Assembly: GCA_041288095.1 (NCBI GenBank)
Contig: JBGGMJ010000022.1
Coordinates: forward strand, 21,754-85,753
Source of the DNA: Myxococcota bacterium
GTDB taxonomy: Bacteria > Myxococcota > XYA12-FULL-58-9 > JALHOP01
DNA: 64,000 nucleotides
Direction: 5' to 3'
Of this stretch, positions 28,250-38,335 are shown piece by piece. The translations under genes and the position numbers were made by a program. Each line of letters begins with the position of its first letter. Within the stretch, counting starts at the first letter, position 1. Under the pieces are notes generated by a model, which ran no database searches, was not told the DNA's origin, and was given only the letters and a program-made list of their open reading frames with translations.

Positions 28250-29317
28250 ATGAGCGTGAGCGTAAGCACGGGACGCACGGGTGTGTCCGCGCCGGTCTTG
28301 GCCCTGTTGCCGGTAGCGCGGAACACCGCGGGAAATCAGGTCCTCGTCGCCCAGGCGTTGGCGCGTCGCGGCGTTCTCGATGGGCTCACGCGAGACCAGG
28401 CTCAGGTCGTCGTCGCCTTCACCGCCGAGAAGCTAGGGGCGCAGTTCGACGCCGAGCGCGACTTGAACGGGGGGCGCCTCGCGGAGCACGTCGCCGACAA
28501 GATCGTCGGCAAAGACGAGTTCGAGAAGGCGCAGAAGAAGTCGAATCGTAAGTCGTGGTGGGTCGCCGGCGGTTTCTTCGCGGGGGGCATGCTCGCCTCG
28601 GGCGCGCTGAATATCGGCGTCGACCTGGCCTTCAAGGCCATCAACCAGCCGTGGGCCGCGAGCGTCAACACCGCGCTGTCGCCCGCGCTCTTCGTGGTCA
28701 GCGCCGCGCTGGTCGGCGCCGTAACCGGTCTGTTCGTCGAGAAGCTGACGACGCCGGTCGCCGCCTGGTTCACGCGCCTGTCCTTCAAGGGCAGCCCCAT
28801 CAAGTCGCACCTCGACACCAAGCTGGGCGCGAGCTTGATCGATGCCTACAACGGCGCGAACCAGGTCGACGGTCGCGTCTTCTCGGCGGCGTCGACCCTG
28901 TCCTCGCTCATCGTCAACCTCGAAGGCACGCTTTCGGGCGACGGTGGGGTCCGCTCTCTCATCCGCCAGGCACGCGCCGGTGGTGCCGACAAGAAAGCGC
29001 TCTTGCAAGAAGCTGGTGAGCAGCTCGGCGGCAAGCTCATTCAAACCGAAGTGGCGCACTTCCACCTCGACCCGATGTTCACCGAGATCTTCCGGCTCGT
29101 GCACGCGAGCGTCGGCGGCATCTTCCGCAAGCTCGACCCGGCCGATCAGGACACGATCATCGAATCCGCTCTGGCGTACGTTCGTGAAGCGCGTCCGAAC
29201 GAACCGGATGGTCAGCGACCCGACACCGGCAAGGCCATCGAGACCTACTTCGCGCCGTTTCTCACCCGCTTGGTGAAGGGCGTGCCGAAGCCCACGGGTG
29301 GCGCCAGTGCAAGCTAG
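28250..29317 (+). CDS. hypothetical protein with a hydrophobic helical hairpin
   Basis: 355-aa ORF with typical codon usage; two Gly/Ala-rich hydrophobic segments; no Sec signal. Confidence 0.8.
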   Translation: MSVSVSTGRTGVSAPVLALLPVARNTAGNQVLVAQALARRGVLDGLTRDQAQVVVAFTAEKLGAQFDAERDLNGGRLAEHVADKIVGKDEFEKAQKKSNRKSWWVAGGFFAGGMLASGALNIGVDLAFKAINQPWAASVNTALSPALFVVSAALVGAVTGLFVEKLTTPVAAWFTRLSFKGSPIKSHLDTKLGASLIDAYNGANQVDGRVFSAASTLSSLIVNLEGTLSGDGGVRSLIRQARAGGADKKALLQEAGEQLGGKLIQTEVAHFHLDPMFTEIFRLVHASVGGIFRKLDPADQDTIIESALAYVREARPNEPDGQRPDTGKAIETYFAPFLTRLVKGVPKPTGGASAS

Positions 29318-31049
29318 CCGCGGCAACACCGCCGGGCGCTCTCTGTTCGCCCCGCCGACAGCGAACAATCTCCAGGGCGACGTCGAGGGCTCGATCGCGC
29401 GCGTGGTCGCCAAGCCCAAGGCGAGCCGTGCCCTCTGGGTGTCCGGCGCGGCCTGGTTGGGTGGCGCAGCGGCCGGCGGCGGCTTGAACCTCCTCGTCAG
29501 CAAGTTCTTGCCGACCTACGCCGGCGCCGCGCAGCCGATCATCAACATCAGCACCGACGTCTTGCAGTCGCCCGGCGCTCTCGCGCGCGAGACCATCACC
29601 AATCCGATCAGCGCCTGGATCTACGGCCTCGCGAATTCCGGCGCCGAGACCGCGCCGGCAGTCGAGTTCGGCCAAGCCATCGGTCCGCGTCTCGCCGGCC
29701 AACTCGTCGCCGTCCAGCAGGAGCGCGGCAAGATCGACTCGTGGGTCGTCGGTGAGATGGGCGAGTTCAACATCTACATGCAGTCGGTCGAGGCCGCCGC
29801 CCGTAAGGCCAAGGCCCGGCTCGCTTCCGGTGACATCGACGGCGCGGCGCGTGCCCTCGGCGCCGCCATGTGGTTCGACTGGGGCGTCTGGGGTGAGCTG
29901 AGCCCCGACACCAGCCCGCGCATGTTCGAGCTCATGTTCGCGAACGTCCACTCGCTCTTCAAGCGCGTCGCGCCCGAGGTGCGCATGAAGCTTCGCGAGG
30001 CGGTGAAGGCCGAGGCGCTGCGCTTGAACGGCGGCAAGGACGACGGCTTGGTGGTGTTCACCGAGATCGTCATGGCGGGTATCACGGAGAACGAGAAGCC
30101 GAAGGCGCTGCTCGCGCCCTGGCGCAACGACAAGGGCGCCGCTGGGAAAGTCGGCGAAGGCAAGCACGCGGACCCGGAGGCCTGGGTCTCGGACCTACTC
30201 AAACACTACTTCGACGACTACGTCCGCCAAAACGGATGGAAGAAGGGTCTCGCCGTCGCTCGCCTCCGGGAGAAGCTCACGCGCGCCGTCGTCAAGGACG
30301 TCACCGAGCTCGAAGCCGCGCGCGGCTACCCGGCCTCCGCGGACGACCTCTGGCGGATGACGCTGCACGCCTATCAGAAGTCGTCGGGCGAGGGCCTCGA
30401 GCTGCGCGCCGCGGGCCTCTCCCTCGCGGCCTACATCGTGGTCGGTGTCGCGGCGGCGTTCGGTAGCCAGGCTATCTCCAAGATCTCGCCCGACTGGTCG
30501 AAGGCCGGCATCAACTCCTTCGTGTTCACGATGTTCGGCTACCTGATGTTTTTCGGAAACTTCTTCACCAGCAAGATCTCCGCGCTGGGCTCGACCATCG
30601 GCTACGGCGGCGGCCAGAAGAAGTCGCTCGGCAAGGCCATCGAACGCGAGGTCCGCAATAGCACCCTACGTCTCAAGACCCGTGACGCGCGCGAAGACGT
30701 GATCCACGGCTACTTCACGACGTTCGCCCGCCAGCTCTCCATGCAGGCCAACGAGGTCGCCGCGGCGATCCGTGCCGGTGATCTTGACGACGCAGCCGCG
30801 GCCATCGCCGGCATCACCCTTGCGGGCAACGTCAGCAACCACAACTTCTGGCCCTATCTCGAGATGATGGAGCGTTTCTTCAAGCGCATTGGTCCGTACT
30901 TCGATGGCATGACCACGGCGCAGCGCGACGAGATCGTGACCAAGGCCGCGGAGATCCTGAAGAGTCAGGGCGTCACCGCCGAGCAACTCGAGGGCTACTA
31001 TCGGCCGTTCATGGTCGGGTTGCTGACCGAGAACGTGAAGCTCAGCTGA
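29298..31049 (+). CDS. hypothetical protein containing two copies of the domain found in 28250-29317
   Basis: 583-aa ORF overlapping the upstream gene; internal and inter-gene similarity visible by eye. Confidence 0.8.
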   Translation: MAPVQASRGNTAGRSLFAPPTANNLQGDVEGSIARVVAKPKASRALWVSGAAWLGGAAAGGGLNLLVSKFLPTYAGAAQPIINISTDVLQSPGALARETITNPISAWIYGLANSGAETAPAVEFGQAIGPRLAGQLVAVQQERGKIDSWVVGEMGEFNIYMQSVEAAARKAKARLASGDIDGAARALGAAMWFDWGVWGELSPDTSPRMFELMFANVHSLFKRVAPEVRMKLREAVKAEALRLNGGKDDGLVVFTEIVMAGITENEKPKALLAPWRNDKGAAGKVGEGKHADPEAWVSDLLKHYFDDYVRQNGWKKGLAVARLREKLTRAVVKDVTELEAARGYPASADDLWRMTLHAYQKSSGEGLELRAAGLSLAAYIVVGVAAAFGSQAISKISPDWSKAGINSFVFTMFGYLMFFGNFFTSKISALGSTIGYGGGQKKSLGKAIEREVRNSTLRLKTRDAREDVIHGYFTTFARQLSMQANEVAAAIRAGDLDDAAAAIAGITLAGNVSNHNFWPYLEMMERFFKRIGPYFDGMTTAQRDEIVTKAAEILKSQGVTAEQLEGYYRPFMVGLLTENVKLS

Positions 31050-31107
31050 CGCCGCGGTAGCGCACGACATTGTCGGGTGCCGCGCGCTGCTCTATGGTGC
31101 GCGCCGT

Positions 31108-32586
31108 ATGAAACGACTTCTCGCTTTCGCGCTCGTCCTCGTCGCTGCCTGCAAAGACCGTCCGGCCTCACCCACCGTGGGTGCCGACGCGCCCAAGGTC
31201 GCCGCGGCGGACGCCCAGCCGACACCTCCGCCCGCGCCCGTTTTCGCGGACATCGAAGCTTTCGACGACACCTACGGCATTTACTTCCAGGGCCAGAAGG
31301 TCGGCTGGATGCGCAGCACCTTCACCCAGGACGGTGTGCTCTCGACCGAGCTCTACGCCAAGGTCGGCGGCATGGGGCAGGTCTCCGAGGTTCGCTTCGA
31401 CGAGAAGCGAGCTTACGGGGTCGACAGGCAGCTAGCGCGTATCTCGTTCTCGCAGAGCGCGGCGACCGGAGCCGTGCAAGTGGTCGGCGAGCGCCAGGGT
31501 GAGAAGCTCAAGGTGACCACCACGGCGGGCGGCAAGAGCTCGTCCGAGGAGATCGTCGCCGCCGAGACCATCGACGACGCGCTCGAGCTGCAGAAGCTCG
31601 CCAAGGCGCAGAAGGTTGGGGCGACCGCGACCTCCAAGCGCTACGACCCATCGATCCAGAAGATCGTCACCGCGAATCATGTCACCAGCGGCATCGAGAA
31701 GAAGGCTTTCGGTGGCGTCGAGACCGAGGTCGTGAAGATCGACACCACCTATCCGGACCTCGGCATCGCCGAGAGCGCCTGGGTCGATGCCAAGGGTAAG
31801 ACCCTCGAGTCGCGCATCGGCGGCTTCTTCGTCGCCCGGCTCGAGCCGCCGGAGGAAGCGAAGCGGCTGGACTACAGCCAGGACCTGCTGGTCTCGGCGG
31901 TGGTCGCGGTGCCGAAGCCCATCGAAAAGCAGGCCGAGCTCAAGAAGCTCACTGTCCGTTTCAGCGGTTTCGCGGGTGTCGCCCCACCACCGCAGTCGAA
32001 GCGCCAGGCGCAGACCTGGAGCGGCGAGGACTTGGTCTTGTCGCTGACCAAAGAAGCTCCGCCAAAGCAGCCATGGGCCGCCGACAAGCCGCTGCCGGCC
32101 GAGTCGCCCGCCGACCTCGCGGCCACCGCGTTCGTGCAGAGCACCGATCCCGAAATCATCGCCGCCGCCAAGGCCGCCGTGGGCGACGCCAGCGACGTGT
32201 ACACCGCGACCACGCGTCTCGCGCAGTTCGTCTATTCGTACGTCGAGGACGAGTATGTTCCCGCTTACTCGAACGCTCTCGAAGCCCTGAAATCGCGGCG
32301 CGGCGACTGCACCGAGCACAGCGTCTTGTTCGTGGCGTTGGCGCGGGCGCTCGGCATACCGGCGCGCGTCGCGGTCGGCATCGCCTACTGGCAGCCCGGC
32401 CATGGTTTTGGCTGGCACGCTTGGGCCGAGGTCTTCGCCGGCGGCGCCTGGTACTCGGTCGACCCGACGTGGAATCAACCGATCGCCGACGTCACCCACG
32501 TGAAGCTCGCCGATGGTGGTCCCGCCGAGCAGGCGCGGATCGTCATGTTGCTCGGCCGCCTGCGCGTGCTCGATGTCCGAACCTAA
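31108..32586 (+). CDS. transglutaminase-like domain lipoprotein
   Basis: VAA-C lipobox; GDCTEH, WHAWAEV and VDPTW catalytic triad motifs. Confidence 0.9.
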   Translation: MKRLLAFALVLVAACKDRPASPTVGADAPKVAAADAQPTPPPAPVFADIEAFDDTYGIYFQGQKVGWMRSTFTQDGVLSTELYAKVGGMGQVSEVRFDEKRAYGVDRQLARISFSQSAATGAVQVVGERQGEKLKVTTTAGGKSSSEEIVAAETIDDALELQKLAKAQKVGATATSKRYDPSIQKIVTANHVTSGIEKKAFGGVETEVVKIDTTYPDLGIAESAWVDAKGKTLESRIGGFFVARLEPPEEAKRLDYSQDLLVSAVVAVPKPIEKQAELKKLTVRFSGFAGVAPPPQSKRQAQTWSGEDLVLSLTKEAPPKQPWAADKPLPAESPADLAATAFVQSTDPEIIAAAKAAVGDASDVYTATTRLAQFVYSYVEDEYVPAYSNALEALKSRRGDCTEHSVLFVALARALGIPARVAVGIAYWQPGHGFGWHAWAEVFAGGAWYSVDPTWNQPIADVTHVKLADGGPAEQARIVMLLGRLRVLDVRT

Positions 32587-33733
32587 CGCGCCGCTCGGCG
32601 TCTACGTTCACGTTCCGTATTGCCCCGCGGTTTGTCCGTATTGCGACTTCAACGTCGCGGTGCGCAAGGAGCCGCCGTGGGACGACTTCGTCTCCGCGGT
32701 CCGCAATGAGCTCGCGGAGCGGCGGCCGGGGTTCGACGGCCGGCTGCAATCGATTTATTTTGGCGGCGGCACACCGTCGCTCGCGCCACCCGACACCATC
32801 GCGACGATGATTCGCGCGGTCCGCGATAGCATGCCAGGCGAGCCGCGCGAGGTTACGCTCGAGGCCAATCCCGGCACGGTGACTCGGGCGTCGCTCGAGG
32901 GTTATCGCGCCGCGGGCGTGAGTCGCGTGAGCCTCGGATGGCAGTCGACCCACGACCGTTTGCTCGCTCTCCTGGGCCGCACCCATGACGCCGCCGCCTC
33001 GCGAGCGGCCGCCGTGGCGGTACGTGAGGCGCGCTTCGACGCCATGAGCATCGATCTCATCTTCGGCGTGCCGGGGCAGACCATGGGAGATCTCGAGGTC
33101 GACCTCGACGCCGTGCTCGCCATGAGCCCGGAGCACGTGTCGCTCTATGGTCTCACCTACCACGAGGGCACGCCGTTCTTCCGCGCCCGCGAGCGCGGCA
33201 CCGTAACGCCCGTCGATGAGGCGACCGAAGCCGCGATGTTCACGCGCATCGCCGAGCGCCTCACCTTGGCGGGGTACCGGCACTACGAAGTGTCGAACTT
33301 CGCAAAGCCCGGCCACGAGGCAGTGCACAACGGCAGCTACTGGCAGGGGACGCCGTACCTAGGGTTGGGGCCGGGCGCGCACAGCTTCATGCGGGACGGC
33401 TGGAAGAGTGGGGTGCGCTGGGAAACGGTGAGGAATCCCGAGCGATATCTAGCGACTTTCAAAATAGCACGACCGGTCGGTTTTCTCGCCGACGCCACCA
33501 CGTTCCGCGAGGAGCTCGGAGCGGTGGACCTCGTGCGCGAGCGCATCCTCACGGGGCTGCGGCTCATCGACGGTATCGACCTCGCCGCCGAGCCCTTCGC
33601 CGCTTTCGACCTTGCCGCGGGTGTCGCCGTCGCGGTCGCGCAAGGCCTCGCGCGCCGCGAAGGCTCGCGCCTCGTCCCGACCTTCGCAGGGCGTTTGCAA
33701 GCGGACACGTTGGCCGAGCTGGTAGCACCGTGA
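32573..33733 (+). CDS. hemW: radical SAM family heme chaperone HemW
   Basis: YVHVPYCPAVCPYCDF, YFGGGTPS, EANP, YEVSNF and HN..YW motifs; start ATG 32573. Confidence 0.9.
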   Translation: MSEPNAPLGVYVHVPYCPAVCPYCDFNVAVRKEPPWDDFVSAVRNELAERRPGFDGRLQSIYFGGGTPSLAPPDTIATMIRAVRDSMPGEPREVTLEANPGTVTRASLEGYRAAGVSRVSLGWQSTHDRLLALLGRTHDAAASRAAAVAVREARFDAMSIDLIFGVPGQTMGDLEVDLDAVLAMSPEHVSLYGLTYHEGTPFFRARERGTVTPVDEATEAAMFTRIAERLTLAGYRHYEVSNFAKPGHEAVHNGSYWQGTPYLGLGPGAHSFMRDGWKSGVRWETVRNPERYLATFKIARPVGFLADATTFREELGAVDLVRERILTGLRLIDGIDLAAEPFAAFDLAAGVAVAVAQGLARREGSRLVPTFAGRLQADTLAELVAP

Positions 33734-33749
33734 CATAAGCGGGTCGCCC

Positions 33750-35021
33750 ATGACCGCAAGCACGCCCGGCTCACGCAGCATGCTCCTTGGCGCCTTGATC
33801 GGCGCCGTTACCGGCATCGTCGCGCACCTCCTCTGGAACGGCACCAAGGGCCTCGCCATCGCCGTCGACTACGTGTCGGTCCCGCTCGGCCAGGCGTTTC
33901 TACGCCTGCTCTTCATGCTGGTGATGCCCATCGTCTTCGCGGCGCTGGTCATGGGTGTGTGCGAGCTCGAGCTCGGCTCACTCGCGCGCATCGCCATCAA
34001 GACCATGGTGTACACGCTCGTCGTGTCCTTCATAGCGGTCGTCATCGGGCTCACCGCGGTCAACGTCGTGCAACCTGGTCGCATCGGCTCCTACGACGTC
34101 GGCCAAGGCGCGCAAGCGAGTCCGCAACAGCAGACAGTCGAAAAATCACCCATCGAGCTGATCCTCGCCATCATTCCGGACAACCCGATCAAGGCTGTCG
34201 CGCAAGGCGACATGCTCGCCTGGCTCACGTTCTCGCTCATCTTCGGTATCGGTCTGTCGCTTACCCGTAGCGCCGGCGCGACCTCCCTCAAGACCACCAT
34301 CCAGGGCCTCTACGACGTGCTCATGCGCCTCATCAACATGGTGCTCAAGCTGGGGCCCGTAGGCGTCGGCGCGCTCATGTTCACCACCACCGCGCGCTTG
34401 GGTCCGGGGATCTTGGGCAGCGTCGGTGCCTATGCGGCGACCGTCATTGTTGCCCTCGCCATCCACATGTTCGGCATCTACCCGCTGCTCTTGTGGGTGC
34501 TCGCGCGCAAGAACCCGATCACCTTCTTCAAGCAAGCCAAGGACGCGAGTATCACCGCCTTCTCGACCGCGTCGTCAACCGCGACCTTGCCGACCGCGCT
34601 GCGCGTCGCCGAGGACGAGCTGGCGCTGCCACGCGACGTCAGCCGCTTCGTACTCACCGCCGGCGCCACCATGAACCAGAACGGTTCCGCGCTCTTCGAG
34701 GGTGTCACGGTGCTGTTCCTCGCCCAGGTCTACGGCATCGACATGAGCATCCCGAAGCAGCTCATGGTGCTGCTCATCTGCGTGCTCGCGGGCGTCGGTA
34801 CCGCCGGAGTGCCGGCCGGAACGTTGCCGGTCATCGCCATGATGATGCGCATGCTCGAGATCCCGGCGGAGGGCTTGGGGCTCATCCTCGGCGTCGACCG
34901 CTTGCTCGACATGTGCCGCACCTCGCTCAACGTCACCGGCGACCTGGTTGCGGCGGTTATCGTGGCCAAAGGCGAGGAGAAACCCCCGCCCACCACGGCA
35001 CCCACTCCCTCGCGCATGTGA
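33750..35021 (+). CDS. dicarboxylate/amino acid:cation symporter (DAACS)
   Basis: AFSTASSTATLP, GATMNQNGSAL and DRLLDMCRTSLNVTGD motifs. Confidence 0.95.
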   Translation: MTASTPGSRSMLLGALIGAVTGIVAHLLWNGTKGLAIAVDYVSVPLGQAFLRLLFMLVMPIVFAALVMGVCELELGSLARIAIKTMVYTLVVSFIAVVIGLTAVNVVQPGRIGSYDVGQGAQASPQQQTVEKSPIELILAIIPDNPIKAVAQGDMLAWLTFSLIFGIGLSLTRSAGATSLKTTIQGLYDVLMRLINMVLKLGPVGVGALMFTTTARLGPGILGSVGAYAATVIVALAIHMFGIYPLLLWVLARKNPITFFKQAKDASITAFSTASSTATLPTALRVAEDELALPRDVSRFVLTAGATMNQNGSALFEGVTVLFLAQVYGIDMSIPKQLMVLLICVLAGVGTAGVPAGTLPVIAMMMRMLEIPAEGLGLILGVDRLLDMCRTSLNVTGDLVAAVIVAKGEEKPPPTTAPTPSRM

Positions 35022-35101
35022 GCGCGTACGCGGTGCGTCATTTTTGGCGGCCAAAAGCTTGACTTGCGATCTGTCAGGCCTGGCAGGCATAAACCGCGAC
35101 C

Positions 35102-36595
35102 ATGGGTTTATGGTCGACGAAGAATATTCAGACGCTGCAGAGCGAAGCGGACTCCGAACAAGGCGGCTTGCGCCGGTCGTTGAACGCCGTGAATCTGACC
35201 TTGCTCGGCATCGGCGCCATCATCGGCGCGGGTATCTTCGTGCTCACGGGCACGGCGGCCGCGCAGCACGCGGGCCCAGGCATCGTCTTCTCGTTCATCA
35301 TCGCGGGCTTGGGCTGCCTCTTCGCCGGCCTCTGCTACGCCGAGTTTGCCTCGATGATCCCAATCGCCGGCAGCGCTTACACCTACGGCTACGCGACCCT
35401 CGGTGAGCTCATCGCCTGGATCATAGGCTGGGATCTCATCCTCGAATACCTCTTCGCGGCGTCCACCGTAGCGGTCGGTTGGTCCGGCTACTTCGTGGCG
35501 TTCTTGCGCGACTACCTGGGTATCAACCTGCCGCCGGCGCTCACCAACGCACCACTCGGCATCGGCGCGGGCGACCACATTCCGCACGCCACCGGCGCTA
35601 TCATCAACTTGCCGGCGGTGCTGCTCTGCCTCGTCATCACCGCGCTCCTGGTGGTCGGCATCCGCGAGTCCGCTCGCTTCAACAACATCATCGTCTTCGT
35701 GAAGGTGGCCATCGTCCTCGCGGTCATCATCTGCGGCGCGGCTTACGTGAACGTCGATAACTGGACGCCGTTCATCCCCGAGAACACCGGTACGTTCGGG
35801 GTCTACGGCTGGAGCGGCGTGCTCGCCGGCGCCGGCACCATCTTCTTCGCCTACATCGGCTTCGACGCGGTCAGCACCGCCGCGCAGGAGTGCAAAAACC
35901 CGCAGCGCGATCTGCCCATCGGCATCATCGCCTCGCTCGTCGTTTGCACCGTCCTCTACATCGCCATGGCGCTCGTCATGACCGGCATCGCCCACTACAA
36001 AGAGCTCGACGTGCCGGAGCCGGTCTATGTCGCCATCTCCAAGGCTGGTGAAGGTCTGCACTGGCTCAAGCCCATCGTCAGCTTGGGGGCCATCGCCGGC
36101 TTGTCCTCGGTCGTGCTCGTCATGCTCATGGGCCAGCCGCGCATCTTCTTCGCCATGTCACGCGACGGCTTGTTGCCGCCCGTGTTCTCGAAGGTTCACG
36201 AGAAGTTCCGCACCCCGCACCTCGCGACCATCATCACGGGCACGGTGGCGGCGGTGATCGCCGGTGTCTTCCCGATCGGCCTCTTGGGGCACCTGGTGTC
36301 GATCGGTACGCTGTTCGCGTTCGTCATCGTCTGCGCCGGTATCCTGGTGCTCCGCAAGCGTCGCCCCGACATCACACGGCCATTCAAGACGCCGCTGGTG
36401 CCGCTGGTGCCGATCCTCGGCATCATTTGCTGCCTGGGCCTGATGGCGGGCCTCGGTATCGACACCTGGATCCGGCTCGCGGTCTGGATGGGCATCGGCC
36501 TCGCCATCTACTTCGGCTACGGCAAGCGCAACTCGCGACTGGCCCGCGAAGAGAGCGCGACACCGGGCGGCACAGCGCCACAACGCGCCGTTTAA
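35102..36595 (+). CDS. amino acid permease (APC family)
   Basis: GAIIGAGIF, CYAEFAS, AGSAY and FAYIGFD motifs; many TM helices. Confidence 0.95.
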   Translation: MGLWSTKNIQTLQSEADSEQGGLRRSLNAVNLTLLGIGAIIGAGIFVLTGTAAAQHAGPGIVFSFIIAGLGCLFAGLCYAEFASMIPIAGSAYTYGYATLGELIAWIIGWDLILEYLFAASTVAVGWSGYFVAFLRDYLGINLPPALTNAPLGIGAGDHIPHATGAIINLPAVLLCLVITALLVVGIRESARFNNIIVFVKVAIVLAVIICGAAYVNVDNWTPFIPENTGTFGVYGWSGVLAGAGTIFFAYIGFDAVSTAAQECKNPQRDLPIGIIASLVVCTVLYIAMALVMTGIAHYKELDVPEPVYVAISKAGEGLHWLKPIVSLGAIAGLSSVVLVMLMGQPRIFFAMSRDGLLPPVFSKVHEKFRTPHLATIITGTVAAVIAGVFPIGLLGHLVSIGTLFAFVIVCAGILVLRKRRPDITRPFKTPLVPLVPILGIICCLGLMAGLGIDTWIRLAVWMGIGLAIYFGYGKRNSRLAREESATPGGTAPQRAV

Positions 36596-36607
36596 GCGGA
36601 CACGTCC

Positions 36608-38311
36608 ATGAACATTCGCGCGCTCGGCCTGCTGGCGCTGGTCTTCGCCTCACTCTTTTCGCTGCCCGCCCAGGCTACGCCACGCTGGTGGGAAGGCGCG
36701 GTGATCTACGAGATCTATCCGCGCAGCTTCCAGGACTCGGACGGTGACGGTGTCGGCGACCTGTCCGGGATCATCTCGCGGCTCGACTACCTCAAGACGC
36801 TCGGCGTCGACGCCATCTGGCTCACGCCCATCTACCCGTCACCGCAGGTCGACTTCGGCTACGATGTCGCCGACTACACCAACATCGATCCCCAGTTCGG
36901 GACCCTGAAGGATTTCGACCGCCTGGTGGCCGAGGCCAAGAAGCGCGGCATCCGCGTCCTCATGGACATGGTGCTGAACCACACGTCGGACAAGCACGCG
37001 TGGTTTCTCGAGTCGATGTCCAGCAAGGACAACCCGAAGCGCAACTGGTACGTCTGGAATAGCGGACGAGCAGGCAAGGACGGCAAGCGCTTCCCGCCGA
37101 ACAACTGGCAGAGCCTCTTCGGCCACTCGGCGTGGACGCCGGCGGGCGCGACCTCTGACCTCTACTATCACTTCTTCTACAAGCAGCAGCCCGACCTCAA
37201 CTGGCGCAACCCCGAGGTCGAGAAGGCGATGTTCGACGCGGTTCGGTTCTGGCTCGATCGTGGGGCCGCTGGTTACCGCTTCGACGCCATCGATACCTTG
37301 TTCGAGGTCACCGACCTGCACGACGCCAAGGAAGGCCCGGGCTTGAACGCCTACGGTGACCCGGCGCCCGACTTCACTCTCCAGTCCAAGCAGCCCGAGG
37401 TGCACGATGTCATGCGCCGTCTCCGGGCCCTGGCGGACGGCTATGCGGGTGACCGCTTGTTCCTGGGCGAGGTCTACACCAAGAGCACCTCGGAGCTCGT
37501 GAGCTGGTACGGCGCCAAGAACGACGAGCTGCACTTGACGATGGACATGGAGCTGTTGCCGCTCGACGTCGACGCCGCCAGCTTCCGCAAGGCGCTGGAG
37601 GCCGCGCAGACGCAATTGGGCGGGAACATGCCGCTCTTCGTCACCGACAACCACGATCAGCCGCGCAGCTGGGACCGCTACGGTGACGGTGCCAACAACG
37701 TCGCCATCGCTCGCGCGGTCGCCACCATGCTGCTAGGGACGCGCTCGTCGGTGCTCCTCTATTACGGGCAAGAGATCGGCATGGTCACGACGGCCCCGAC
37801 CCGCGTCGAGGACGTGAAGGACCCGATCGGCATCACCGGCTGGCCCAAGGAGAAGGGGCGCGACGGCGAGCGCACGCCGATGCAGTGGGACGCCACCAAG
37901 AGCTCAGGGTTCACCAAGGGCACGCCCTGGCTGCCCGTGCCGCCGTCCGCCGCCACGGTCAACGTCGAGGCGCAACGCAAGGACCAAGAATCGCTGCTTG
38001 GCTGGTACAAGAAGCTCATCGCCATGCGGCGCACCAACCCCGCCGTCCGCGATGGCGTTACGACCTTTCTCGATCGCGACTCCCAGCACGCGGTCGTCTG
38101 GTTGCGCGCCGCGAAGAACGGAGCGCCCGTGGTCTTCGCGGTGAACTTGAAGGCCGAGCCAGTTACCTTGTCCGTTGCGGCGGACGTTGCCCAGGGTCGC
38201 GTGAAGGGTTTGAAGCCGCTCTTGGTAAGCCACCAGGCCTTGAAATCAGCCACGCCCGATGCGATTTCGCTGCCGCCGTTCGGCGTGTACATCGGCCAAA
38301 TTCAGCGCTAG
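36608..38311 (+). CDS. GH13 alpha-glucosidase / oligo-1,6-glucosidase family, with signal peptide
   Basis: YEIYPRSFQDS, DFGYD, VLNHTS, QPDLNW, YRFDAI, GE, NHD and RTPMQW motifs; leader ending AQA-T. Confidence 0.93.
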   Translation: MNIRALGLLALVFASLFSLPAQATPRWWEGAVIYEIYPRSFQDSDGDGVGDLSGIISRLDYLKTLGVDAIWLTPIYPSPQVDFGYDVADYTNIDPQFGTLKDFDRLVAEAKKRGIRVLMDMVLNHTSDKHAWFLESMSSKDNPKRNWYVWNSGRAGKDGKRFPPNNWQSLFGHSAWTPAGATSDLYYHFFYKQQPDLNWRNPEVEKAMFDAVRFWLDRGAAGYRFDAIDTLFEVTDLHDAKEGPGLNAYGDPAPDFTLQSKQPEVHDVMRRLRALADGYAGDRLFLGEVYTKSTSELVSWYGAKNDELHLTMDMELLPLDVDAASFRKALEAAQTQLGGNMPLFVTDNHDQPRSWDRYGDGANNVAIARAVATMLLGTRSSVLLYYGQEIGMVTTAPTRVEDVKDPIGITGWPKEKGRDGERTPMQWDATKSSGFTKGTPWLPVPPSAATVNVEAQRKDQESLLGWYKKLIAMRRTNPAVRDGVTTFLDRDSQHAVVWLRAAKNGAPVVFAVNLKAEPVTLSVAADVAQGRVKGLKPLLVSHQALKSATPDAISLPPFGVYIGQIQR

Positions 38312-38335
38312 AGAGCGCCCGCAGAGGAGACCGCC

